Positions 35,112 through 45,454 of a stretch of 64,000 bases of DNA are shown here, in pieces; within the stretch, counting starts at the first letter, position 1, and every line of letters starts with the position of its first letter. The stretch lies in the IMG/VR virus record IMGVR_UViG_3300033068_000287, positions 21,498 through 85,497 of that record. One strand, written 5' to 3'. This DNA is from a virus (Duplodnaviria; Heunggongvirae; Uroviricota; Caudoviricetes). The notes under the pieces were generated by a model. It saw only the letters and a list, made by a program, of their open reading frames with translations, made no database searches and was not told the DNA's origin. A program made the translations under genes and the position numbers.

Positions 35112-35250
35112 ATTAAGTTTCGGAATGTTTTCTTAGTTACAGCAACGAAAAACAAACACCTCTTATATGCCTGTATAGTTTAAAAGTAGAACAAGCGGCC
35201 GATAACCGCTGAACGGTGGAGCATTACCATCTACAGGTACCATAATTCCA

Positions 35251-35279
35251 ATTGACATTTTACATAAAATAAAGTATAA
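35251..35279 (+). promoter_or_regulatory. consensus sigma70 promoter (TTGACA, 17-nt spacer, TATAAT, plus a second tandem TATAAT) abutting the gene 43 start codon
   Basis: TTGACAttttacataaaataaagTATAATtataatATG. No Shine-Dalgarno is visible before ATG 35287. Confidence 0.55.
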
Positions 35280-35286
35280 TTATAAT

Positions 35287-37881
35287 ATGAATTTCTATAC
35301 AAACGTTCGCCAATGGGGCGATAATATCCTATATATTGGTTATGAAAATGGTCAAAGAGTACAGCGTAAAGAATCATTTACTCCTGTATTATATCTAAAC
35401 GATACTTCTGGTGCCGCAAATAAAACTGATCCAGAACATTACTGGAAAGACGGCAAAGATGGAATTATTCCATTACTTCCCTTCCCACAAGATTCAATCA
35501 AAGAAGCAAAAGAATTCATTAAACGCTGGGACGGTGTTTCCGGTATGCGCGTCTATGGTGCAGATAAGTTTAACTATGAATTTATTGCTAGAAAATTCAA
35601 TGGCGAAATCGTATATGATGTTAAAAAATTAAGAATTTTTTGTATCGATATTGAAGTCATGTCAAATAACGGCTTTCCGAAAGCGGATAAAGCTGATGAA
35701 CCTGTAACTGTTATTACTATTCATGATAGCAATACAGGAAATCTTCATGTTTGGGGTCAAGCAAATTCTCCAGGCGGTAAATATAAACCACATCTTCCTA
35801 ACGTTGTCTATCAAGAATTCACAGACGAAATTACATTATTAAATGAATTTGTCGCGTTTTGGTCTACGAACTATCCAGATATTGTAACTGGTTGGTATTC
35901 GCGCGGATTCGATTTGACGTATATTACAAACAGAATTAAAAAATTACTTGGCGATAAGACTGTAAAAAGACTTTCACCATGGGGAATTATTCAAGAGAAA
36001 AGTTCTAAAATCAAACGCTTCGGTCAAATGGTCGAAGAAAAATACTACGACTTTTATGGTATCAATGAATTAGATTATCTTGATCTATATAAGAAATATG
36101 GCAACGCACAAGAATCTTATAAACTTGGTTTCATTGCACAGAAAATTCTAGGCGAAACAAAGATTGAATTTGATGGCTCTTTGCATCAATTGTATTCTAC
36201 TGACTATCAAAAATATGTGGAATATAACATTCAAGACGTTTGCTTGATTCCTAAGATGGAAGAAAAATTACGTTTCATTGAATTGATCGTGGAAGTTTCT
36301 TATCTTGGCAAAGTAGCAACATATAACGATTCTTTAGGAACAGTGAAATACTGGGAAGTATTGATCTATAACCACTTGTATGAAAAAGATATTCATCCAC
36401 CAATTAAAGATCAAGGCGAAGATAAAGATGACCAATACGAAGGTGCATATGTTAAATCGCCTATCTTTGGTTCGCATAAATTTGTTGTGTCTGTCGATTT
36501 GACTTCACTATATCCTAAAGCTATTGAACAGGTCAATATTGGTCCTGATACGCTTGTTGATATCGATAGTTTGCCTCATGAATTGCGGGTTTTGGTTTCA
36601 GAAGTTACACCAGAAAAACTAATCAATAAAGAAATTGATCTTTCATTGTTGAAAAAATATAATTTAAGTTTGGCTGGTAATGGTAGATTATTCACTAAAA
36701 CTGAAAGAAGTTTCTTATCTGAATTAATGGATAAGTTCTTTGGTCGCCGTAGCAAATACAAAAAACAAATGTTTGTTTACAAGAAAGCGTATGAAATTTC
36801 CCATACGATTACAGATAAAGAAATGTCTGTACTGTATGATCTTAAACAACATGCTAGTAAAATTTTGATTAACGCTGCTTATGGTGCTGTTGGCAACAGT
36901 TATTTCCAATACTTCTCCATTGCTAATGCTGAAGCTGTAACAATTACAGGTCGTGTTGTTATCAAATGGGCAGAGAAGCGCGTAAACGAATATCTGAATA
37001 AACTTCTGAAGACTGATGGTATTGATCGTATTGTTTATATCGATACGGACTCTATCTATATTTCTTTTGAAGATTTGATTAAACAAATGAATCTTCCTGA
37101 TGATACTCCAGAAGAAAAACTTAAGATCATTAATTTCTTAGACAAATTGATGGAAACAAAAATTCTTCCGTTCATTAAAGATTGTTATCAAGAACTATTC
37201 GAATACATGAACCACCATACTAACCATATGGAAATGAAACGCGAAATTATTTCTGATAGAGCAATCTGGACAGGAAAGAAACGCTACTTTATGAATGTTT
37301 ATGATAAAGAAGGTATTCGCTGCGCAGAACCAGAACTAAAGGTTATGGGTATTGAAGTCGTTAAATCATCAACTCCACAAGTATGCCGCGATAAGTTAGA
37401 AGAATGTTTAAAAATTATTCTAAGAAAAGATAATACCGCATTGCTAAAATATATTGGCGAATTTAAAACTGAATTCAAAAAGTTATCAGCAAAAGAAATT
37501 GCATTTCCTAGAAGCGTTAACGAAATTTCTAAGTATAAAAAATACTTTAGTAATCCATCTATTAAAGGTGCTGGTGTTCCTATGCACGTTAGGGCAGCAA
37601 TTCACTTTAATAATCTAATCAAAGAACATGGTTTAGATAATAGACACGAAGCTATTCTAGACGGAAACAAAATTAGATTTGTGTATTTGCGCACACCAAA
37701 CGTATTGCAAGATAACGTTGTTGGATTTAGTGACAGTTTACCTAAAGAATTTAATTTAGATAGATATATTGATTATGATATGCAATTCCAAAAAGCATTT
37801 CTTGATCCATTAGAAGCTATCACCACGTTAATTGGTTGGGAAACCCAAGAGGACAATAGTTTTGGAAGCATGTTTTTTTGA
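35287..37881 (+). CDS. 43: DNA polymerase gp43 (family B)
   Basis: 864 aa. Motifs DLTSLYPKAIEQVNIGPDT, LDYLDLYKK, INAAYGAVGN, NEYLNK, YIDTDS and ILDGNK parallel T4 gp43. Confidence 0.9.
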   Translation: MNFYTNVRQWGDNILYIGYENGQRVQRKESFTPVLYLNDTSGAANKTDPEHYWKDGKDGIIPLLPFPQDSIKEAKEFIKRWDGVSGMRVYGADKFNYEFIARKFNGEIVYDVKKLRIFCIDIEVMSNNGFPKADKADEPVTVITIHDSNTGNLHVWGQANSPGGKYKPHLPNVVYQEFTDEITLLNEFVAFWSTNYPDIVTGWYSRGFDLTYITNRIKKLLGDKTVKRLSPWGIIQEKSSKIKRFGQMVEEKYYDFYGINELDYLDLYKKYGNAQESYKLGFIAQKILGETKIEFDGSLHQLYSTDYQKYVEYNIQDVCLIPKMEEKLRFIELIVEVSYLGKVATYNDSLGTVKYWEVLIYNHLYEKDIHPPIKDQGEDKDDQYEGAYVKSPIFGSHKFVVSVDLTSLYPKAIEQVNIGPDTLVDIDSLPHELRVLVSEVTPEKLINKEIDLSLLKKYNLSLAGNGRLFTKTERSFLSELMDKFFGRRSKYKKQMFVYKKAYEISHTITDKEMSVLYDLKQHASKILINAAYGAVGNSYFQYFSIANAEAVTITGRVVIKWAEKRVNEYLNKLLKTDGIDRIVYIDTDSIYISFEDLIKQMNLPDDTPEEKLKIINFLDKLMETKILPFIKDCYQELFEYMNHHTNHMEMKREIISDRAIWTGKKRYFMNVYDKEGIRCAEPELKVMGIEVVKSSTPQVCRDKLEECLKIILRKDNTALLKYIGEFKTEFKKLSAKEIAFPRSVNEISKYKKYFSNPSIKGAGVPMHVRAAIHFNNLIKEHGLDNRHEAILDGNKIRFVYLRTPNVLQDNVVGFSDSLPKEFNLDRYIDYDMQFQKAFLDPLEAITTLIGWETQEDNSFGSMFF

Positions 37882-38596
37882 TATTAAAGTAGAATGTCTT
37901 TCCGAGGAAGACGGTTCTCTAAATTTAGCTGATGCAGGACAACAAGCAGAATTTGATAAAGCTATTGTTCCTGCTAAACAGGTTATAAAAGATTCTTTTG
38001 AGAAGATAACAGAAGGTCTTGATATCGATAAATCTAAATTTTTTATAACAGGCGGCTGTTTGCCTAATCTTGTTAGATATTACATGGAACAAGATACTAT
38101 AGGGAAAACCCAATTCCCCTATTATGTGCGAACAGATTTTGATGTGTTTATTATCGCTAAAGACAAAGAAGAATTGGAAACAATTGTTGATCCTATTCTA
38201 AAAAAGTTTAATAAAAACATGCGAACTTTAAGTAAACCGCAATATGATATTTTTGATGGCGTATCAAAGAATTCATATATTATTCCAGAAGTTCTTCCTG
38301 AACATTTCAGTTATGTCAACATTATACATGTTGTGTATGGAGAACCGCAGGACGTTATAAACTCTTTTGATATGGAACATGTTAAGGGTATATATCTGCC
38401 AGAAACAGATAAGATTGTAATCACACAAAAAACAATTGATGCTATCAAGCATAAATTATTGATTACATATGAAGGGAATCATATTGGAGTTAAAGAGAAA
38501 ACAATCAAAACAACACCACTACGAGTAGGCATGAATGCACATCTTGGCGAAGAAAGAGTATATAAATGGCAGAATCGTGGTTGGAAAATCTATTGA
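37832..38596 (+). CDS. hypothetical protein (start uncertain; track ORF overlaps the gene 43 3' end)
   Basis: 254 aa ORF. No obvious in-frame ATG after the gp43 stop. Confidence 0.35.
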   Translation: MVGKPKRTIVLEACFFDIKVECLSEEDGSLNLADAGQQAEFDKAIVPAKQVIKDSFEKITEGLDIDKSKFFITGGCLPNLVRYYMEQDTIGKTQFPYYVRTDFDVFIIAKDKEELETIVDPILKKFNKNMRTLSKPQYDIFDGVSKNSYIIPEVLPEHFSYVNIIHVVYGEPQDVINSFDMEHVKGIYLPETDKIVITQKTIDAIKHKLLITYEGNHIGVKEKTIKTTPLRVGMNAHLGEERVYKWQNRGWKIY

Positions 38597-38651
38597 CTTT
38601 CCATATAAAATGGTATACACTATATTTTACATAATACAATAAGGAGAATAC

Positions 38652-39752
38652 ATGGCTAAAACAAAAGGCAATACACCAGATGCCAATGGTGTATCAAATA
38701 AACTATTACAAAAACTAATTGGCGCATCAAGTTCAAAACTAACAAGTCAGCTTTCCGAATCTGTTGTTATGAATGAAAAAGATATGATTCAAACAGCAAT
38801 TCCCGTTATTAATATTGCACTATCAGGCTCTCTAAACGGTGGACTTGTTCCTGGTCTATTGTTGCTTGCTGGTCCTTCCAAACATTTCAAAACCCTATTC
38901 ATGTTGATTATGATGAAAGCGTATCTGGACAAATATCCAGAAGCCGTTGGATATCTATTTGATTCTGAATTTGGTGCAGCGAAATCTTATTTTGCATCTG
39001 TAGGTATTGATGAACGCCGAGTTGTCCACTGTCCTATCACAGATATTGAAGAACTGAAACACGAAGCAATTAACGCGCTAGAAGCAATTGAACGTGGCGA
39101 AAAAGTATTCTTTGGTATCGATTCTGTTGGCAACTTAGCATCTAAAAAAGAAGTAGAAGACGCTAAAGATGGCAAATCTGTAGCTGATATGACCCGCGCT
39201 AAAGCATTTAAATCCTTTGGTCGTATGGTTACGCCGCATCTAACATTGAAAGATGTTCCTATGGTTGCTGTTGGTCACACCTACCAAACAATGGAAATGT
39301 TTTCTAAGTCAGTCGTTTCTGGTGGTACTGGTTTGTATTATTCTGCAAACGATATCTGGATCATTGGTCGTCAACAAGAGAAATCAACTTCAGGCAATAA
39401 AGAATTACTAGGATTCAATTTCACTATTAACATTGAAAAATCACGAAACGTTAAAGAGAAATCAAAAATCAACGTAACTGTATTACGCGAAGGCGGTATT
39501 TCTAGATACACAGGTATTAGAGAATTAGCTGAAGAATTTGGTATTCTATCAGGTGATAATAAATCTGGTTTCTATATCGAAGGAGACGAAACAAAATATA
39601 AAGAAGCACAACTAGAGCCTTTCTATGAAAAATTGCTTAGTGATGCAGAATTTAATGATTTTGTTAGATCAAAATATAAACTACAACACGGCGCATTGAT
39701 TAATAATAATGTTCCAGAACAAGAATACGAGGAAGAAGAAATTGACGATTAA
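38652..39752 (+). CDS. uvsX: recombinase UvsX (RecA-like)
   Basis: 366 aa. RecA-fold Walker A region (GPSKHFKT) and L2-like loops. Sits upstream of genes 40 and 41 as in T4. Confidence 0.8.
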   Translation: MAKTKGNTPDANGVSNKLLQKLIGASSSKLTSQLSESVVMNEKDMIQTAIPVINIALSGSLNGGLVPGLLLLAGPSKHFKTLFMLIMMKAYLDKYPEAVGYLFDSEFGAAKSYFASVGIDERRVVHCPITDIEELKHEAINALEAIERGEKVFFGIDSVGNLASKKEVEDAKDGKSVADMTRAKAFKSFGRMVTPHLTLKDVPMVAVGHTYQTMEMFSKSVVSGGTGLYYSANDIWIIGRQQEKSTSGNKELLGFNFTINIEKSRNVKEKSKINVTVLREGGISRYTGIRELAEEFGILSGDNKSGFYIEGDETKYKEAQLEPFYEKLLSDAEFNDFVRSKYKLQHGALINNNVPEQEYEEEEIDD

Positions 39753-40128
39753 AAATATTGGTGAACTATACAGCACCTTAACAGAAGAACTTGCGGCAGT
39801 TCTTGATTTAGAAACTAGAGCCGTACAATTGAAAGTAGAACGTTCTGGAGATTTTCCGCCAGTCTTTATTAGATTACTTGCTGAAAAATTTAATAACTGG
39901 ATTATCTCCATCGAAGACTTACAACTTACAGATCAAGGCATTGATGAAAACGGTATTGCAATGGCCAATATGTCCTTTGCGTACAACGTAGCTAGAGTGC
40001 CGCATGGAATTGAAGATAGTACAATTGAAGATTATCGAAGCGAATTGGAAGAATTGATCCAAAACGTATTACATGATATAATTCATAAAACTACACTACA
40101 AATGGAACAAACAACCCAATCGGATTAA
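39709..40128 (+). CDS. gp40-like protein (by position between uvsX and gene 41); real start probably the TTG near 39742
   Basis: A GAGGAAG RBS precedes the TTG. The ATG in the track overlaps uvsX by 44 nt. Confidence 0.35.
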   Translation: MFQNKNTRKKKLTIKNIGELYSTLTEELAAVLDLETRAVQLKVERSGDFPPVFIRLLAEKFNNWIISIEDLQLTDQGIDENGIAMANMSFAYNVARVPHGIEDSTIEDYRSELEELIQNVLHDIIHKTTLQMEQTTQSD

Positions 40129-40140
40129 ATAAAATAAACT

Positions 40141-41559
40141 ATGACTATTGATATTGAAAAAGTAATTCTTAGAAATTTACAATATAATGCAGACTTTGCG
40201 AGAAAGGTATTACCGTATATCAATGAAAATTATTTTTCTACAACTACAGAACAAACTTATTTTTCTAGACTTGTAGAATACTTTGATAAGTACAATGCCC
40301 TACCATCTAAGGATGCATTAGATATTGATATTCAGAGTTTACAAATTTCACAAGATGTATTTGATGGTTTAGCAGAACAAATCAAATTTTCTCATGATAC
40401 TAAAGACACTCCGACAAACCAAGATTGGTTGTTAGCAGTAACTGAAAAGTTCTGCAAAGATCGTGCGTTATTCCTAGCGTTAACAGAATGCGTTAATATC
40501 GCTGAAGGTAAAGGACAAGATAAAAGCCTAAGCACTACAGCGATTCCTGACATTCTAACTAAAGCGTTAGGAGTAACGTTTGATACCAACGTTGGTCACG
40601 ATTATCTATTAGACACTGATGCACGTTTTGAATATAACAATAGAAAAACGTCAAAGATTCCATTCCCTTATGATATTTTCAATACTATCACCGGTGGTGG
40701 GGCAGAACTAAAAACAGTTAATGTTATTGGTGCCAGTACCGGTGTAGGTAAGTCCATGATGATGTGTGATCTTGCTGCGCATTATATCCGCACCGGTTAT
40801 AATGTACTGTATATCACGCTTGAAATGTCTGAATTTAAAATTTCACAACGTATTGATGCCAATTTAATGAATGTTCCGCTTGCTGATGCTATCAGTATGC
40901 CTAGACCTTTATGGGATCAAAAAGTTGAACAAATCAGAGCAAAATGTACTGGTAGATTAAAAGTAAAAGAATTTCCGACAGGAGCAGCGCATGTTGGACA
41001 TTTTAGAGCAACACTAAAAGAACTTGCGCAGAAGAATGGATTTGCTCCTACAATTATCTTTGTAGACTATATGAATATTTGTGCGTCTGCTAAATTTAAA
41101 GATAGATCAAATTCTTATGGCTACGTTAAAAGTATTGCTGAAGAATTGCGCGGATTTGCTGTAGAACAAAACATTATGTTATGGACAGCTACACAGTTGA
41201 ACCGCGATGGTATCAATAATTCTGATGCAGATTTAAAGAATATTTCTGAATCTATGGGCGGTCCACATACATTCGATTTTCTATTTGCTATTATTACAAA
41301 CGAAGAATTAGCACAACTAAATCAAGTTTTGGTAAAACAATTAAAAAGTCGATACGGGGACATTAATCATAATTCCAAATTCAATCTTGGAATTGATAGA
41401 CCAAAGATGAAATTTTATGATCTACAGAATACGTCACCACAAAGGACAACTGTAGCACCAACACAGAATTCTAAACCAACAAACCAACAAGGCAATTTTG
41501 GACTTGGAATGAATAGTAAACCATCTAACTTAAAATTTAAAGGCGATATCAAGGTATAA
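40141..41559 (+). CDS. 41: replicative DNA helicase gp41 (DnaB-like)
   Basis: 472 aa. Walker A GASTGVGKS and DnaB-family motifs. Confidence 0.85.
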   Translation: MTIDIEKVILRNLQYNADFARKVLPYINENYFSTTTEQTYFSRLVEYFDKYNALPSKDALDIDIQSLQISQDVFDGLAEQIKFSHDTKDTPTNQDWLLAVTEKFCKDRALFLALTECVNIAEGKGQDKSLSTTAIPDILTKALGVTFDTNVGHDYLLDTDARFEYNNRKTSKIPFPYDIFNTITGGGAELKTVNVIGASTGVGKSMMMCDLAAHYIRTGYNVLYITLEMSEFKISQRIDANLMNVPLADAISMPRPLWDQKVEQIRAKCTGRLKVKEFPTGAAHVGHFRATLKELAQKNGFAPTIIFVDYMNICASAKFKDRSNSYGYVKSIAEELRGFAVEQNIMLWTATQLNRDGINNSDADLKNISESMGGPHTFDFLFAIITNEELAQLNQVLVKQLKSRYGDINHNSKFNLGIDRPKMKFYDLQNTSPQRTTVAPTQNSKPTNQQGNFGLGMNSKPSNLKFKGDIKV

Positions 41560-41560
41560 A

Positions 41561-41770
41561 ATGATTAATAAAACTGAAAAATATAAAATTAAGTTCTTGC
41601 CTAATTCTGGAAAGTATGCTATTGTAAATACAGTAACAAATCAAACTATTAAAGAAGTACGTTCTGCGGAAGAAGCTGGTACATTAAGAGATAGTTTTGA
41701 GGAGGACGCCAAAGTTATCGTAGGCTTTGGAGATCATATTCCAGCATTTATTTTAAGAAAGACCGGCTAA
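41561..41770 (+). CDS. hypothetical protein
   Basis: 69 aa ORF. Confidence 0.35.
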   Translation: MINKTEKYKIKFLPNSGKYAIVNTVTNQTIKEVRSAEEAGTLRDSFEEDAKVIVGFGDHIPAFILRKTG

Positions 41771-42034
41771 ATGGACATAAAGATTTACAATATCAAAAAT
41801 AAACACGCTAGACGTATTGCAATTATTGCTCTATTAGCTGCACTAATTGTCTTTGCTCCTATCGTTATTATCATTGCTTTTGCTATTTTCCTTGGTGGTT
41901 TATTGAAAGACAACTTTGCGTTTTTCTATGAAGAACTATCCTGGATGTTTGAAGAATGGTTAGAATTTGGAAAAGATGTAATTAAACAAAGTTGGCATGA
42001 TGACGAAGAAACTACCGAAGACAACAAAGACTAA
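41771..42034 (+). CDS. small membrane protein
   Basis: 87 aa with a hydrophobic helix followed by an acidic tail. Confidence 0.4.
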   Translation: MDIKIYNIKNKHARRIAIIALLAALIVFAPIVIIIAFAIFLGGLLKDNFAFFYEELSWMFEEWLEFGKDVIKQSWHDDEETTEDNKD

Positions 42035-42401
42035 AGAATTATTATTCTCCGTTACCGCTAAAGACTGTACTTTTATATTTCAGCGCGGTCGTGGTAACGG
42101 AGGACAAAAGAAAAACAAAACAGATTCTGCCTGTATTTGTACACACAAAGATTCCGGTGCGCAAGGCTACGCTGAAGATCATAGATCACAACTACAAAAC
42201 AAACAATTAGCATTTATGCGCATGACAAAAACTGAAAAGTTTAAAACATGGCATACCATTGAAGTAGCTAGACATACTGGCAAACTTTTGGAAATAAATG
42301 CAGAAGTTGAAAAACAAATGAGAGACAAGAATCTAAAACTGGAATCTTGGAATACAGAAACTAAGAAATGGGAAAACTATGTCGAAAGTCCTGACCAGTA
42401 A
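41997..42401 (+). CDS. ArfB/YaeJ-like peptidyl-tRNA hydrolase domain protein (class I release factor GGQ domain)
   Basis: 134 aa. RGNGGQKKNKTDSACICTHKDSG ... RSQLQNKQLA parallels E. coli ArfB GAGGQHVNKTSTAIHL ... YRSQELNREAA. Basic C-terminal tail. Confidence 0.55.
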   Translation: MMTKKLPKTTKTKELLFSVTAKDCTFIFQRGRGNGGQKKNKTDSACICTHKDSGAQGYAEDHRSQLQNKQLAFMRMTKTEKFKTWHTIEVARHTGKLLEINAEVEKQMRDKNLKLESWNTETKKWENYVESPDQ

Positions 42402-42642
42402 AGATATTTTGCCATGTCCGATTTGTGGCTGTATGCCTGAACCTATCAAGCATACAAAAGCTGGAAGATATTGGGATTCTCTTGATGGTTCATATAGAGA
42501 TAGAGGACAAGAAACATTCTCTATTACATGCAGGAGTTCTGCTGAAAATTTAAGATTCGGACATTTAGTAACAGTCACAAGAAACACTGAACACGAAACG
42601 ATAGATGCATGGAATACCAGACACAATCCTTTAAAATCCTAG
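42379..42642 (+). CDS. small Cys-containing (zinc-finger-like) protein
   Basis: 87 aa with CPICGC. Confidence 0.35.
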   Translation: MSKVLTSKDILPCPICGCMPEPIKHTKAGRYWDSLDGSYRDRGQETFSITCRSSAENLRFGHLVTVTRNTEHETIDAWNTRHNPLKS

Positions 42643-42986
42643 TTTGTGGCGGCAGAAACTATACGAATAAAGATCGAGTGTACACTATTCTAGATCGTAT
42701 TCACAAATATTATTCAGATATTTGTATTGTTCAAGGCGGAGCAATGGGTGCTGATTATATCGCTAAGAGTTGGGCAATAGATAATAATATTAAACAACAT
42801 GAATTTAAAGCGAACTGGAATCAATATGGTAAAGGCGCAGGCGCAATAAGAAATCAGCAAATGCTAGAGTTTGATCCTGATTTAGTTGTTGCCTTTGCTG
42901 GCGGTTCTGGTACTGCTGATATGATTAATAGATCAAAAAATGCAGGAATTAAGGTTTTTATCGTTAAAGAACCTAATACGCAATAA
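42609..42986 (+). CDS. SLOG-family (DUF2493/DprA-LOG-like) Rossmann-fold protein
   Basis: 125 aa. ILVCGGR ... GGAMGAD ... AFAGGSGT pattern. Confidence 0.45.
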   Translation: MEYQTQSFKILVCGGRNYTNKDRVYTILDRIHKYYSDICIVQGGAMGADYIAKSWAIDNNIKQHEFKANWNQYGKGAGAIRNQQMLEFDPDLVVAFAGGSGTADMINRSKNAGIKVFIVKEPNTQ

Positions 42987-43088
42987 AATTACGTCATTAT
43001 GTAAATAAAACAATACATTTTCTGTTGTATTGTTCGTTATATCTTGTATACTAATTATAGTGATTAACGAAACAAGAGAAACCGAACC

Positions 43089-43328
43089 ATGAAAACTCCA
43101 GACATTACATACAAACAAGACGGAATGTTTACACGCTTTTATGCTGAAACCGAAGCTGGTAATGTTATTTGGAATGAAATGGCTAAACAAATGGATGGCG
43201 TAGCTGCTGTCCTTAATTTTGAAGCCGCTGGTGTAATTGCACAAATTCGTAAAGCTGGTTATAAAGTCGCAAAGGCAAAATTGCCCGAAATGACAATCGA
43301 AGAAATTTTAGCAGAATTGGAAGCATAA
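43089..43328 (+). CDS. hypothetical protein
   Basis: 79 aa ORF. Confidence 0.35.
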   Translation: MKTPDITYKQDGMFTRFYAETEAGNVIWNEMAKQMDGVAAVLNFEAAGVIAQIRKAGYKVAKAKLPEMTIEEILAELEA

Positions 43329-43332
43329 GATC

Positions 43333-43776
43333 ATGACAATTACACTTGAACAATTAGAACAACTCAAAAAAGCAATCCAAGAAAACAATACGGATGCTTT
43401 GATTAAACGTTGGGAAGATGAAGAAACCTTCCGTCAAATGTCAAAAGAAAGCAATGTATCTTTTGAGTTGACCAATCTTCAAAACAAAGTTACAAAAACT
43501 GTCATTGGTAAAGCGGTTGGAGATCATTTTGCTTTTCATAAAGATGCATGGGGCGGAACCCATTGGGTGCTAACGCATACCAATACAGGAATTAAAATTC
43601 TTTCTGGCAAAAAATTAACTGTAGCAAAAACCATTAAAGAATTTATGAAATGGAATTGCGTAGATAAATTAGCATTCGCCCTGAACGAGTCTGGCAACAA
43701 AGCATTGCAGAAACTGACAAATGAAGAAACGGCAGAATACCGCGAATTCTATAACCAAGCGCAGGGGTATAACTAA
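43333..43776 (+). CDS. hypothetical protein
   Basis: 147 aa ORF. Confidence 0.4.
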   Translation: MTITLEQLEQLKKAIQENNTDALIKRWEDEETFRQMSKESNVSFELTNLQNKVTKTVIGKAVGDHFAFHKDAWGGTHWVLTHTNTGIKILSGKKLTVAKTIKEFMKWNCVDKLAFALNESGNKALQKLTNEETAEYREFYNQAQGYN

Positions 43777-43777
43777 A

Positions 43778-44023
43778 ATGATTCCTCATAAATCCTACGT
43801 TGGAAAATTAATCACCATTACGGACGAACAAGATTTGGATTTTGGTCGTAGTGGAATCATTACAGACATTATTACCAATAATACTGAATGTGTTGTATTA
43901 TGGGATAATGATGAAGAAAATTATGTTGACAGTGATGGTAAAACATGTTATGATATGTTTAGTCCTGTGAGTGTAATTGAATTGGACCATATTAAAGATG
44001 CAACCATTTACACAATTTATTAA
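43778..44023 (+). CDS. hypothetical protein
   Basis: Internal ATG (MIPHKSYVG) just after the upstream stop. Track ORF starts at 43721. Confidence 0.4.
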   Translation: MIPHKSYVGKLITITDEQDLDFGRSGIITDIITNNTECVVLWDNDEENYVDSDGKTCYDMFSPVSVIELDHIKDATIYTIY

Positions 44024-44029
44024 TATAAC

Positions 44030-44218
44030 ATGAGAGATAAAAATATGACTAAAACTTCTATTACGAATACAACAATTGCTATTTGCGTAGGCTTTGTAAT
44101 TGGTGCGCTTATTGCTTCGATTTTTATTCCTGCCCATCTTGTGCTTACAGCGTTGGTAAACCAAACGATTGGCGCAGTATGGACTGCATTCATGATCTAT
44201 AAAGATACAAAGAAATAA
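44030..44218 (+). CDS. small membrane peptide
   Basis: 62 aa, hydrophobic. Confidence 0.35.
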   Translation: MRDKNMTKTSITNTTIAICVGFVIGALIASIFIPAHLVLTALVNQTIGAVWTAFMIYKDTKK

Positions 44219-44219
44219 C

Positions 44220-45080
44220 ATGACAAAATTACGAATTGCCAGCGACTTCCATTTAGAATTTTACGATTATGTTAACCCTATTGGTTCTCCTAACCGTGAA
44301 ATTACGGAACATGTTGTATTGCCTGTTATGCCGGGAGAGGACGAACAGACCTTAATTTTGGCCGGTGATATTGTTCGTGCTATTGATGCTGTTAATGGAA
44401 GACTTGGAAGATTCCAAACATTCTTTGATAGACTATCTGAACGATTCAAGAATGTTATTATTGTTGCCGGAAATCATGAATTTTACAATTACGATTTTGA
44501 TCTGGTATATGACGAACTTGAAGAATTTTATGGACAATGGAAGAATTTCCATTTTCTTCAGAATGATGTTTTTGTAGATGATGCAGAAAAAATTGTAATT
44601 TTTGGTGCAACATTCTGGACAAATTTTTGGAATGATCCTGTTGCTATGGAGTATGCTAAAGTTTCCATGAGTGATTTTATAGGCATTATCCAACATAAAT
44701 CCAGTATTTCTGGAAAGTTTACACCAGAACTTTCAACTTTTGAAAATATGGTATCTCTTGATTCTTTACACAAAGAATTTTTCGCAGGACCTGATGATTG
44801 GTATAACTATGATGGATATAGTAAAATTGTCGTAACCCATCATGCTCCACATGCTAAAAGTACAGCACCAAAGTTTATTGGATCAATGTTGAATCCTGCG
44901 TTTTCTTCTACCAACTTAGAAGATTATATTATTGAGAATAAACCAAAGTTATGGATTCATGGACACATGCATAACAATTCCGATTATTATATCGGCGATA
45001 CACGAATTATCTGTAACCCTTATGGATATTATTCAGAAAATAAAACAAATTATATTAACACATTAGTTATTGAGGTATAA
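44220..45080 (+). CDS. calcineurin-like metallophosphoesterase
   Basis: 286 aa. ASDFHLE, AGDIV, AGNHE, THHAP and HGHMH motifs in order. Confidence 0.55.
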   Translation: MTKLRIASDFHLEFYDYVNPIGSPNREITEHVVLPVMPGEDEQTLILAGDIVRAIDAVNGRLGRFQTFFDRLSERFKNVIIVAGNHEFYNYDFDLVYDELEEFYGQWKNFHFLQNDVFVDDAEKIVIFGATFWTNFWNDPVAMEYAKVSMSDFIGIIQHKSSISGKFTPELSTFENMVSLDSLHKEFFAGPDDWYNYDGYSKIVVTHHAPHAKSTAPKFIGSMLNPAFSSTNLEDYIIENKPKLWIHGHMHNNSDYYIGDTRIICNPYGYYSENKTNYINTLVIEV

Positions 45081-45450
45081 AATTATGGCGCGTATTAAAT
45101 TCCATAGCGAAATTGCGGATATGGACGAGAAGCTGACACGTACCAGCAACCTCCTTAAGGAAAAGGACGAACTTATTCGCGGTCTTATTGCAGCGAATAA
45201 GAAACTTATTGAGGAAAACACTCGGCTGTTGTCTAATGGAAAAGCGTATCGTGTTGTGCCTAAGGTTTATAAAACTGCTAACCCGGATTCACCCTTCCAT
45301 AGCATTGCATATGCATTAGAAAGATGTTATGCTACAGGAGACGGACTAACGCTAGAATGGTCAAATGTAGGAAGATTCAGCACTAAAACAGAAGCTGAAA
45401 ACGCCATGAAAACTCTAGAAGATTTTGATAATCTAACACAAGGAAAGTAA
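45070..45450 (+). CDS. hypothetical protein
   Basis: 126 aa ORF. Confidence 0.4.
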   Translation: MRYKIMARIKFHSEIADMDEKLTRTSNLLKEKDELIRGLIAANKKLIEENTRLLSNGKAYRVVPKVYKTANPDSPFHSIAYALERCYATGDGLTLEWSNVGRFSTKTEAENAMKTLEDFDNLTQGK

Positions 45451-45454
45451 TATT

